Shown piece after piece: positions 8,418 through 16,744 of a stretch of 31,355 nt of DNA. Position 1 is the first letter of the stretch; each line of letters begins with the position of its first letter. A program made the position numbers and the translations under genes. Below the pieces are notes generated by a model, which saw only the letters and a list, made by a program, of their open reading frames with translations, was not told where the DNA came from and made no database searches. The DNA comes from a virus (lineage: Duplodnaviria > Caudoviricetes). Location of the stretch: IMG/VR virus record IMGVR_UViG_3300005323_000363, positions 1-31,355 of that record; one strand, 5' to 3'.

Positions 8418-9797
8418 TTACCTTACCGGTTCAAAATTGGGCTCACCGTCATCGTAGAATCCGGTGCACTTAAATGGCCTCCCAAAAAAGGTTTTAAGAT
8501 CTCCGATCTTGTATCCAGCTATAATTTTTCTCCTCGCAATCACATCATTAAGCGCATCCTGCGGAGACTTGCCTTGACCGACCAATCCGGTATATTCCTT
8601 CCACATAGAGACTATTGCTTGATTCTCATTTCCTTCGTGCTCTCTCCAATACCACGTCAGCTTCTCCCATATATTCTTATGCACTTTTTCCGGCATAAGT
8701 TCCCAGCCGATCTTAAATTTTGTATACCCTTTGCGTCCTATATTACTGGCAAACGTCTTTATAACTAGCGCATCATCATCACTAAGCTTTCCTTCCGCCC
8801 TCTTGGCCAATAGATAATTATTAATATCCTCCAGCTTCTTTTTAGGTGTAAACATCATATCCACCGCCTTCACGAATTCCTTATCATCCGTCATCGCCCC
8901 CGGCGCCTTATCGCTTAAAAGCGCCTCTCTCATCTGTTTGGCGAACTCCGGCCGGATCTGCTTGGCGTTCAACGCGCGGTCGACGCCCATAATATCCAAC
9001 TTGTCCTGCAGGTATGAGTCAGTCAGCTTATCCTCAGCCTCGTTCATCGCCAGCTCCACGCCCTGCTTTTTAAGCTCCCTCTGCCTGGCTATATACCGCC
9101 GTAAGGTATCAATCTTCCCCGGATCCCCAATATCAGCCCGCACCTTCTCCTGATTAAGCAGCATTTCAGCCTTGTCCGGATCTTTCTCTGTCGCCCCGTA
9201 AATAAATATGCTCAACGAGTCTGACTGATAATCCTGCAGCAACTTGTCGGTCTTAGCCTTCCCGATTGTCTGCGAACCGAACTTGGCCAGCACTTCCCGG
9301 GAAAGCATATACGACCCTTTCAGCTTGTCGTAATCAAACGTCTGGCCAAGCTGCCGGTATATCTGCATATCCTTCTCGATCCCGCCGTTGATCCCGTTCT
9401 CGGCGTTTATTACCGTCTGGCGCTCTCCCCAGTTTATATTGTCGCTTCTGTACTGGGCCTTAAGCCGTTCACCTACCTGCAGCCAGTCTCCTTTGCCGAA
9501 CATCCCGACTTTCTGGCCATACTGGGTCAATATTTTATCGTAGCCAGCTTGCAGCTTGCCAAGCGCGTCCTGATTGGTAGGGTCTTCGTTGTTGGATGTG
9601 CGCCACTGGTTGGTAAACTCCAGCATATCGGCATTGGCCTGCGACATATACGTCTTGATATTGGCAAGGTCTTTCTTGCGCTGGATAGTCGCAAAATCGC
9701 TTACCGTATCGGAAACGCTCTGATACATCTCCGCGGTCTGGTCCTGCGGCACCGCCACTTCTGTCACCTCTTGCTGCATCAATGGTCTTCTTGGCAC
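8418..9797 (-). CDS. Internal virion/ejection protein (gp15-like position)
   Basis: Likely GTG start at 9797 with RBS AGGAGGAG; helical ~459 aa; synteny. Confidence 0.65.
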   Translation of the reverse strand: MPRRPLMQQEVTEVAVPQDQTAEMYQSVSDTVSDFATIQRKKDLANIKTYMSQANADMLEFTNQWRTSNNEDPTNQDALGKLQAGYDKILTQYGQKVGMFGKGDWLQVGERLKAQYRSDNINWGERQTVINAENGINGGIEKDMQIYRQLGQTFDYDKLKGSYMLSREVLAKFGSQTIGKAKTDKLLQDYQSDSLSIFIYGATEKDPDKAEMLLNQEKVRADIGDPGKIDTLRRYIARQRELKKQGVELAMNEAEDKLTDSYLQDKLDIMGVDRALNAKQIRPEFAKQMREALLSDKAPGAMTDDKEFVKAVDMMFTPKKKLEDINNYLLAKRAEGKLSDDDALVIKTFASNIGRKGYTKFKIGWELMPEKVHKNIWEKLTWYWREHEGNENQAIVSMWKEYTGLVGQGKSPQDALNDVIARRKIIAGYKIGDLKTFFGRPFKCTGFYDDGEPNFEPVR

Positions 9798-9807
9798 TAT
9801 ACTCCTC

Positions 9808-10302
9808 CTAAGGCACCAATCCTGCCGACTGATAAGATCCATAATCCCCTAAACTGCCCAGCGTAAAACCGGAATCGGCAAGGGAAGAATTCACTCCGGC
9901 AGATCCCGCCGCGCCGAACAATGACCCTGACCCTGCCCCGGCAATTCCCAGCACCGTGGATCCCAGCTGTTTTATAAGCTTGCTGCGGGCCTGGGAATAC
10001 ACATTCTGGATCTGAGTAGCGTAATTCTTTCCGATCAGGTCAATGTCGGCCTTACCGGCGGCGTAGGTGCTGGACATGACACTCATCGGAGTTGAGTTAT
10101 CTTCCCCGGTCAGGCCTATCCCGCTGCTCAAAAAACCTACCTTCTGCGCCGCGGCCACAGCCGTGGTCTCTTTAGCCTTGGCGCTTGTTTTAAGCGCGGA
10201 TTCCTCCGCAATGGCAGCAGCCTGCTTATTTGCCGCCTTTGCCCCGGAAAACATGCTCGCAACGCCTAACCCTGTGGTTACTAAAGCCGTTACCAGACCC
10301 AT
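9808..10302 (-). CDS. Small internal virion/ejection protein (gp14-like)
   Basis: Ala/Gly/Ser-rich 164 aa with hydrophobic N-terminus; synteny. Confidence 0.65.
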   Translation of the reverse strand: MGLVTALVTTGLGVASMFSGAKAANKQAAAIAEESALKTSAKAKETTAVAAAQKVGFLSSGIGLTGEDNSTPMSVMSSTYAAGKADIDLIGKNYATQIQNVYSQARSKLIKQLGSTVLGIAGAGSGSLFGAAGSAGVNSSLADSGFTLGSLGDYGSYQSAGLVP

Positions 10303-10303
10303 A

Positions 10304-10717
10304 TTACCTCTCTCTCAATATGGCCCACATCCTATAATTCCGGCCGTTCAGAAATCTGCATTTCGTTCCCTCGCAAACAAACCCCAGGAACCGGTGCCAA
10401 CGGTTCAACTCATCGCAATCAAGACTCAAGGTTTCGATGCGGCGGATATCCAGCTTATCGGCCAGTTTTCGTATGTATTCCCGGATCTCCTGGCCGTCAA
10501 AGGCGCTCATATAGACCGAACAGACCAGGAACCCTTCATAATGTTGTGGCGCGTAGGCCCGGTAAAAAAGTATTGCCTTGACCGCCCCGTGATTTTCCAA
10601 CGTCCAGCCCTCATACATGGCGATCACCGGTTTTAACTTCTCCATCAGATCACCCTCTCCGAAAGAGTTGTTTACCTCAATTTCAAACAAATCCTTGTCG
10701 ATGAATTCTCTGATCAT
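10304..10717 (-). CDS. GNAT-fold protein (T7 gp13-like position)
   Basis: RRIET...RWHRFLGFVCEG motif directly after the nozzle gene. Confidence 0.6.
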   Translation of the reverse strand: MIREFIDKDLFEIEVNNSFGEGDLMEKLKPVIAMYEGWTLENHGAVKAILFYRAYAPQHYEGFLVCSVYMSAFDGQEIREYIRKLADKLDIRRIETLSLDCDELNRWHRFLGFVCEGTKCRFLNGRNYRMWAILRER

Positions 10718-12819
10718 AGCCTTGTCCCGTAATCAACGTCGCAGAATACGGCCGTTATATGCAGCGGCAGCGGCTTATCCTGCTTGATGTAGAGCGATTT
10801 CTCGGTTTCAAAAGCGTCGTCAAAGGTTATCTCCCGACTGTCCCCGTCCATGGGAAGCGGCGGCAAATCGTAGTATCCGGCCGGATCGAACTGCTGAACC
10901 TCTTCCATCCGGTATAAAGACGGCCCGATCAGCCCGCCGGCCGAGGCAATAAAGCGTATCCTGGCCTTGTTTATATTCTTCACCAGGTATTGCGTGTTTA
11001 TCCCGCTTACCGTAAACCCCAGATTAAACGTTTTTATCAGTCCTTCGTACATTATCCCGATACAGGCGGAAGTGATCTCCCGGTCAAGCGTCAACACCCC
11101 TCCGGCCGATATCGTGTATTCCCCCAGATACCCGCCGTCTCCCACCACCGAAACCTCCATATTTGCGTAATCCGCAAGCCCAGAGACCGTGCTGAAACTC
11201 TTATACCAGGAGGAATAGTTGTTTTGGGACGGCGTAAGCATCACGTCCACCTTTACCGAGGTCGCGCTGGTATATTCGGTTATCTCGAATATTCCCTTTT
11301 CCCGGCCGGTCGCGGTCTTGTAATGGATCTGACGGCCGACATCCCCGGAAGAAAAATCGCTTGCCGTTGATGTTATGGTGTCCGTGCCGTTAAACGTGAT
11401 CGTGCTTATGTAATGGTCGGAGTACGTCACCGAGTTGTCCAGATATATGCAGCTTTTCATCAGTTCCGCCACATAACGCCAGTATGCTTCCCGGTCATCG
11501 CTTTCGCTGTCCGAATCGCTGAAAAAATCTTCCTCCAACGGGAAGGACACCTCATTGGCAAGCCTCTCGATGAATACCCCGTTATCGCGGCTGACGAGGA
11601 TAAACAGGTCGTCCTGGTTGGTTGACGGATTATGTAGCTTGCCGATATCCAGGACAGTGCCATCAGTAGGCAGTTCCGCCCAGCCTACAACACGCTCCGG
11701 CTGATTGAAATTCAACGCCAGCAGCACCCCGTCATCCCGCAGGCAGAACAGGAAATCATTCTTGTCCTTAATGTAGACCAGCTTGCTTATACCTCCCGAC
11801 GTGATGTCGAAGCTGGCGAAATTGGCGTCCTCGCTCTTAAAACTCTCGGTAAGCAGGTCATAAGAGAAATACTCCACGTTGCGCCCTATGGAATTGATAT
11901 AGAACAAATAAAGGTCCTTGCGTACCGGCTGCGTGGCGTCCGCTCCGTCCGTATTGGTAATCGTCGCCTCGACAGTTGTAGGAGTGATTGCGGTATCCAC
12001 GCCACCGCCATTTACCGCGATAAGCCCCTGGGAAGAGCCCACTATCAAGCTATTGGAACCTCCGGCGATCCATTTTATAGGCTCCGTAAGGTCAGAGATC
12101 GCGAATATCACGGCATCGTCGTCCTCGACGTCGCTTGCCGGCACGGTAAAATCATCGTAGGATCCAGCCATACTGCCGTAAACATAAGTCCGCTTCAGCC
12201 CGGGACCGCCATACCAAAGCCTGCCTTTGTAGAACTGCACACATGCCGGCCAGCCGACAGAGCCTCCGGAAGGATTATCGAAAGGGTCGGCTGTGCGGCT
12301 AAAAGTGGCGAGAGTAAAGGTTGTGGCGCTTGTGCGGGTAAGCTTGTACGGCGCGTAATCATTGTGCGCGATGTACATCACATCGGCGTTCTGGTCGTAG
12401 GAGAGCTCTTTGCAGTCCGCTAAAGTGTACGGAGACGATACGTTAAGGTCAGCTCCGCCGTTCTGCACCAGACCGACATTCCCGGAAACGTCATAACTAA
12501 GGAATTTTATATGTCCGTTGTAGAAAAGACCCAGGTAATCCTGCTCATCGGAGAATTTAAACTCCACGAACCGGCAGTCCTGGAACTCAAGTATGTTCTC
12601 AAACCCGGGCCGGTAGAAGGCGTTGCCCTTAAAATTAGAGAAGAAATTCTTGAAAATGTCGGCGCCGGTGGTATATATCGGCAGATCATAGCGGCCGTTG
12701 AGGTCGTGGTCGAGCTTCCCGCGGGAGAAGTTGTTGAACGGTGTGGATATCTTGGCGGCAAAAGCCGTATTTACCGCAAGCAGCACCGAAATGATAATAG
12801 AAAGAAGCCTCTTTTTCAT
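10714..12819 (-). CDS. Tail tubular protein B / nozzle (T7 gp12-like) with signal-peptide-like leader
   Basis: NNFSRGKLD...RPG, QNADVMYIAH, GWPACVQFYKGRLWYGG, C-terminal IKQDKPLPLHITAV; 701 aa. Confidence 0.8.
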   Translation of the reverse strand: MKKRLLSIIISVLLAVNTAFAAKISTPFNNFSRGKLDHDLNGRYDLPIYTTGADIFKNFFSNFKGNAFYRPGFENILEFQDCRFVEFKFSDEQDYLGLFYNGHIKFLSYDVSGNVGLVQNGGADLNVSSPYTLADCKELSYDQNADVMYIAHNDYAPYKLTRTSATTFTLATFSRTADPFDNPSGGSVGWPACVQFYKGRLWYGGPGLKRTYVYGSMAGSYDDFTVPASDVEDDDAVIFAISDLTEPIKWIAGGSNSLIVGSSQGLIAVNGGGVDTAITPTTVEATITNTDGADATQPVRKDLYLFYINSIGRNVEYFSYDLLTESFKSEDANFASFDITSGGISKLVYIKDKNDFLFCLRDDGVLLALNFNQPERVVGWAELPTDGTVLDIGKLHNPSTNQDDLFILVSRDNGVFIERLANEVSFPLEEDFFSDSDSESDDREAYWRYVAELMKSCIYLDNSVTYSDHYISTITFNGTDTITSTASDFSSGDVGRQIHYKTATGREKGIFEITEYTSATSVKVDVMLTPSQNNYSSWYKSFSTVSGLADYANMEVSVVGDGGYLGEYTISAGGVLTLDREITSACIGIMYEGLIKTFNLGFTVSGINTQYLVKNINKARIRFIASAGGLIGPSLYRMEEVQQFDPAGYYDLPPLPMDGDSREITFDDAFETEKSLYIKQDKPLPLHITAVFCDVDYGTRL

Positions 12820-12831
12820 TTCCCCGCCTTT

Positions 12832-13443
12832 CTACCGTTTATTGAACGTGCTCGGGTTGTCGTACTGCCTGGCCATCTTAAAAAGCGATCTGTTGATCCT
12901 TACCGGCCTATTCTCTTGCCCATTCAGGGCCGATGCGTTGCTCTGGTCTATTTTGATAAAGGCATTTGCCGCTTTGAGTTTTTCAGCGTCCTGCGTTATC
13001 TGCATAGAGATCTTTTCCATCAACTCGGCGCTTATTGCCATGCAAACTTCCACCGAGAACTTCGATACATCGGTTAAGTCTTTGACATACCGCAAATTCA
13101 TGCCATCTTCGTAATTTTCGTCCGTGAGTATCATATTGCCTTCCACGGCATAGTTGTTTTCTTTGTCCTGGATGTCGCCTATCCCCAGCACCTTGAGACA
13201 ATCACCCGGGTACTGGTAAGCGTAGGCATAGCCAAACGCAGGCGCATCGCTCAGTTTCGCCACTACCTTACGCGCCAGGGCACAGTTGGGCATAAGCTTT
13301 TTCAGCACGTTCTGCCGGCACGGATCATACCAAATAGCGCAAACGCGCTCTTCCGGGATAGTAGGATCGGTAATACTGTTTACCGTATTTTTGCTGCCGA
13401 GACGGCTTAAAGCCATGTTGCATATTTGAGTGGGCGAATTCAT
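12832..13443 (-). CDS. Tail tubular protein A / head-tail adaptor (T7 gp11-like)
   Basis: ICNMALSRLG...FGYAYAYQYPGDCLKV motifs. Confidence 0.8.
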   Translation of the reverse strand: MNSPTQICNMALSRLGSKNTVNSITDPTIPEERVCAIWYDPCRQNVLKKLMPNCALARKVVAKLSDAPAFGYAYAYQYPGDCLKVLGIGDIQDKENNYAVEGNMILTDENYEDGMNLRYVKDLTDVSKFSVEVCMAISAELMEKISMQITQDAEKLKAANAFIKIDQSNASALNGQENRPVRINRSLFKMARQYDNPSTFNKR

Positions 13444-13464
13444 CCTCGCGCTCCTTTAGGGGGC

Positions 13465-13495
13465 GGGGAAGAGGGCCGGACAAACCCTCTTCCCC
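13465..13495 (-). other. Intergenic hairpin (mRNA stabiliser or attenuator)
   Basis: GGGGAAGAGGG, 9-nt loop, CCCTCTTCCCC: perfect 11-bp stem; no U-tract on the coding strand. Confidence 0.6.
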
Positions 13496-13522
13496 TGACC
13501 TAAGCTTAGGCTGATCCCTTGC

Positions 13523-13990
13523 TTACGCTATGATTATCCAGAACGTCACTGTTCCGGATGCCGACGGAGTAGCCTTCAAGGTTATCGCGAGATCCACCCC
13601 TCCGGCGTATTCCTGGTCGTTATTCTTGCTCAGATGCTCTCCGATGCTCTTATAGGCGTTTGCCCCTATAAGCTCTCCTACGGAAAGACCCGCATGGGGA
13701 TCGAGCCCGTCCACAAGGATATCGGCGTCTACTGCCGCTCCCCCGTTGGACTTATAAAACCCGAAGTCCACATCTGTGAGCCCCGCTATTGCAGCGGTAG
13801 CCTTCGGAATGAATATCCCCAGGATCTTCGCCGCCAAAGGCAGCCCTTTGACAAGGCGTATAATGTCACCGCTTGCCGAGGTGCCGTTGGTGATGGTAAC
13901 CGTGGCTCTCACTATTTTGGACTTAACTCCTGTGGCAAACAGGGCGTCCTTATCGTCGAGAGCCTGCTCTGCTGTATCGTATTCAGCCAT
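13523..13990 (-). CDS. Putative capsid decoration/minor virion protein
   Basis: 155 aa, beta-rich, directly downstream of the major capsid gene; RBS AGGAGGG. Confidence 0.6.
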   Translation of the reverse strand: MAEYDTAEQALDDKDALFATGVKSKIVRATVTITNGTSASGDIIRLVKGLPLAAKILGIFIPKATAAIAGLTDVDFGFYKSNGGAAVDADILVDGLDPHAGLSVGELIGANAYKSIGEHLSKNNDQEYAGGVDLAITLKATPSASGTVTFWIIIA

Positions 13991-14007
13991 TTCTTCCCTC
14001 CTTGTTT

Positions 14008-14040
14008 GCCGGGACTGCGGTTTTTACCCACAGCCCCGGC
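14008..14040 (-). other. Hairpin after the major capsid gene
   Basis: Minus strand GCCGGGGCTGTGG...CCGCAGTCCCGGC pairs fully when G-U pairs are allowed, which works only on the coding strand. Confidence 0.55.
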
Positions 14041-14053
14041 CGGTTGAACAAGT

Positions 14054-14977
14054 TTATATCGTGGTGGTGACTTTCTGGACCCTGGAACCTTCGATCCTCA
14101 TCGCATTGATCCAGTAATCAATGGTGATGTCGGTCGAGTTGACCTTGTTCGGGTTTTTGGATATATCAAGATCCCCGAGTTCAAGGGAAATGCCTACGGC
14201 CTCTTTACAGAGGACAAGGCAGGTCCTTGTGGTGCTGGCTTCGGCCAGGATCGGATCGGAGACCGTGATGTTGCTGTCGGTCCCGGCGAACTTTGTCACG
14301 TAGAAACCCTGCACAGTCTTCAGCTTCCCGGTGACCTCCGGCTTGTCGTCGACGTAAAGGTTGCTGATGAAATTATCATCAGCCATCAGCTGCGCGTGTT
14401 CCTTGCCGGTGACGCAGATGACGCCGCCTTCGTACATATCTTCCGGGACGTCGTTGTTGATGAACGTCTGTACGACGCTGTCAATACTCGTCGAAGATAT
14501 GCCTCCTGAGGCCGAAACGGTAACTACGCCGTCGGTTGCCGCCGAGATCTCTGTCGGCGCCTCATCCGGAGCTCCTACTAGTACCGTGCCGCCGGCTGCG
14601 GACGCGATTATCCTATCCTTAAGCCTCTCTACCGCGTTGGAGAGCTGCTCAAGTATAGAGCTTGTCGGATCGGAGATAAGCTCATTAATATCATAGAGCT
14701 TATCCAGAGTGATGGTCTTGGTGAACCGTCTTTTGGTGAGCTGACGATTATCCAGATCGTAATCGCCGTACTGCTTATCGGGATTGCGGGTACCTACCTC
14801 AACCAGCTCGATCTTGCCGATGCGGCCGAGGTTGTTGGTCTTGCCTTTGGAAGGGAGATAGACAAGGGTGCCCATCTTTTCCAGCTTGGACTGCTTCTGT
14901 TGACACAGGGAGATAAAGTTATCCTGAAATAACTGTCTCTGCCCCTGGTCAAGGCTCGGGCTGTATGTTAATCCCAT
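14054..14977 (-). CDS. Major capsid protein
   Basis: 307 aa; LCQQKQSKL, DPTS...AVERLKDRII, C-terminal AMRIEGSRVQKV; strong RBS AGGAGG; synteny between scaffold and adaptor. Confidence 0.8.
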   Translation of the reverse strand: MGLTYSPSLDQGQRQLFQDNFISLCQQKQSKLEKMGTLVYLPSKGKTNNLGRIGKIELVEVGTRNPDKQYGDYDLDNRQLTKRRFTKTITLDKLYDINELISDPTSSILEQLSNAVERLKDRIIASAAGGTVLVGAPDEAPTEISAATDGVVTVSASGGISSTSIDSVVQTFINNDVPEDMYEGGVICVTGKEHAQLMADDNFISNLYVDDKPEVTGKLKTVQGFYVTKFAGTDSNITVSDPILAEASTTRTCLVLCKEAVGISLELGDLDISKNPNKVNSTDITIDYWINAMRIEGSRVQKVTTTI

Positions 14978-15137
14978 TTTACGCCTCCTGTTAAAGATGT
15001 TTAAACTCTCTTACCTGGTCGAAAAGTGTCCGCGATTTCAGCGGGTTTTCTTGACATTCCTTAGGTGAATGTCCAAGACCTTTCGCTCCGGGCTTCTTTA
15101 ACAGAAGGTGTCCGAGCATTTTTTTGAAACAAATCTA

Positions 15138-15572
15138 TTATATTTTCAATACGCTTGGCCTTATCGGCCGCACTATATGGCTATCTCTTTCATGACCACT
15201 CAATATGTTTCCCGAATAAAAAACTGCGCACAAAACGTAGGATAACTGTCCAACAACTCTTCGCCCCGTCCAATACCAACTGCGAACATCCAAACCCAGG
15301 ATTTTGGCTGCCTTTATCAAGGACGGTCCATATTGAGACCGGTCTATCAATGTTTCCATCTCAACGTCATCAGCTTGACGGCCGTATTTAGCCGCGTACT
15401 CTTCGGCGGCTTTCCACCGTATCATTCTCTTTTCTAAAGATACCGGGGACCAATCACAACAAAGGAATCGATCTGCTATCCAACCGTCCGCTAACTCTGC
15501 AAACCTATCCGGATTATGTTTAGCTTCCAGGTATTCTTTTAGGGTAATAAGTTTCCCCGGATTGATTCTCAT
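15138..15572 (-). CDS. DUF1566/CLec-like protein, paralog of the DGR targets
   Basis: RFAELADGWIAD...WSP...EMETLIDR...WYWT...G...VRPIRPS aligns by eye with the target at 29183-29566 (RFEKLPDGWIRD...WGP...EELASTVNY...WYAT...VRPVRP). Start codon uncertain (15572 or 15617). Confidence 0.7.
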   Translation of the reverse strand: MRINPGKLITLKEYLEAKHNPDRFAELADGWIADRFLCCDWSPVSLEKRMIRWKAAEEYAAKYGRQADDVEMETLIDRSQYGPSLIKAAKILGLDVRSWYWTGRRVVGQLSYVLCAVFYSGNILSGHERDSHIVRPIRPSVLKI

Positions 15573-15617
15573 TCCAGATATCCCGATTTTTCTACAACTG
15601 CCCTTGTCAAACAGCAA

Positions 15618-15690
15618 TAGCGGGAGTGGGACTTGAACCCACGATTACCTGGGTATGAGCCAGGTGTGTTGCCGGCTACACTATCCCGCA
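15618..15690 (-). tRNA. tRNA-Met (CAT anticodon), CCA not encoded
   Basis: Cloverleaf: TGCGGGA/TCCCGCT acceptor, GTGT/ACAC D stem, CCTGG-CTCATAC-CCAGG anticodon arm, GTGGG-TTCAAGT-CCCAC T arm, discriminator A; 73 nt. Confidence 0.9.
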
Positions 15691-15695
15691 TAACT

Positions 15696-16040
15696 CTACT
15701 CCTTGATAACGGCGCAGATCTCCTGTTCTTTGACCAAGAAAAGATCAGGCTCAATATCCCTTTCCGGAAAATTCAGCTTCAGCCGCGCATGGGGGAGAAT
15801 GATTATCTCGTCACCCGGCTTAACTCCGAATACTCCAGCCCCCACCCCTCTGACTATGTTTTTCAGCAGATCCTGGTCAAGTTTGGAATCATCCGGCAGC
15901 ACTATTCCACTGGCAGTCTTTATTCGTACCGCCTTAAATAGTATCCAGCTTGCCCGTGGCTTTACTTCCGGCCTCCGTCGTTTGCGGTTGCCGCATACCC
16001 GGGAGAATAACCGAGCAAACAACTCCTTCAACCTATTCAT
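15696..16040 (-). CDS. GroES-like co-chaperonin
   Basis: VKPRASWILF...KTASGIVLPD...VRGVG...VKPGDEII...LVKEQEICAVI follows the Cpn10 pattern; ATG at 16040 overlaps the upstream stop. Confidence 0.75.
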   Translation of the reverse strand: MNRLKELFARLFSRVCGNRKRRRPEVKPRASWILFKAVRIKTASGIVLPDDSKLDQDLLKNIVRGVGAGVFGVKPGDEIIILPHARLKLNFPERDIEPDLFLVKEQEICAVIKE

Positions 16041-16719
16041 CCTTCTCCCCCTTAATAACGATCCTGTAGGCTTCATCCAGCGTCGCTTTCGACGGCAGCT
16101 TTATCCCCTTGGCCTTAGCGATCTTTCTCAGTTCTACCAGGGTAAAGGTCTTTTCCTCCTCCGCCGACCTGTTTTCTTGTTCCTCGGCTATGACTTCCTC
16201 GTTGCTTTTTGTCACAGGAGGCGCGGCTACCCTATCGTCGTCTTCAATGATAAGCTCCGGGAGCGCTCCGTAGTCATACCCTTTGCGGTCCGGATCTATC
16301 TTCCGGCCGAGCAGCCTTGAATACTCCAGGTAAGCTGTCTCCCGGGCCGTGCGCAGATCGGTTGTCTTGTAATTGGGGATCTTGCGCAGATTCTTCCACA
16401 CCGCCAGATCCTGCAGACCTTCCCAATCCAAGTCCTTAACGTTCTTGCCGATTATAGCCGGCTTGCCGTCAACCTCCTCGATCTTATCGATATAGCAGAC
16501 GCGCAGGAGATCGAACCGCTTGATATTCTCTTCACCGTAGTAGCGCTTATCCTTGGAGATCCAAATCTGGATCATGCGCCACATGACCGCCTGCTGCACG
16601 CGCTCCCTGTCGATAACCGGTATAAGTCCGACGACATTCTCGAAATCGACTATATCCTTGCCGCGTTTACCCGCTCCGCTGTAATAAGCTCCGCTTGCCG
16701 TAATTCTTAACATGCCCAT
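16033..16719 (-). CDS. Hypothetical protein with C-terminal HeH/Rho-N-like motif
   Basis: 228 aa; ends TLVELRKIAKAKGIKLPSKAT. Confidence 0.6.
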   Translation of the reverse strand: MGMLRITASGAYYSGAGKRGKDIVDFENVVGLIPVIDRERVQQAVMWRMIQIWISKDKRYYGEENIKRFDLLRVCYIDKIEEVDGKPAIIGKNVKDLDWEGLQDLAVWKNLRKIPNYKTTDLRTARETAYLEYSRLLGRKIDPDRKGYDYGALPELIIEDDDRVAAPPVTKSNEEVIAEEQENRSAEEEKTFTLVELRKIAKAKGIKLPSKATLDEAYRIVIKGEKDE

Positions 16720-16744
16720 ATCAATACCCCCTTCATCCTCTGCG

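Noticed and set aside
15618-15690. tRNA as prophage attachment site
   Set aside because: It is in the middle of the head operon, with no integrase or duplicated 3' end in the window.
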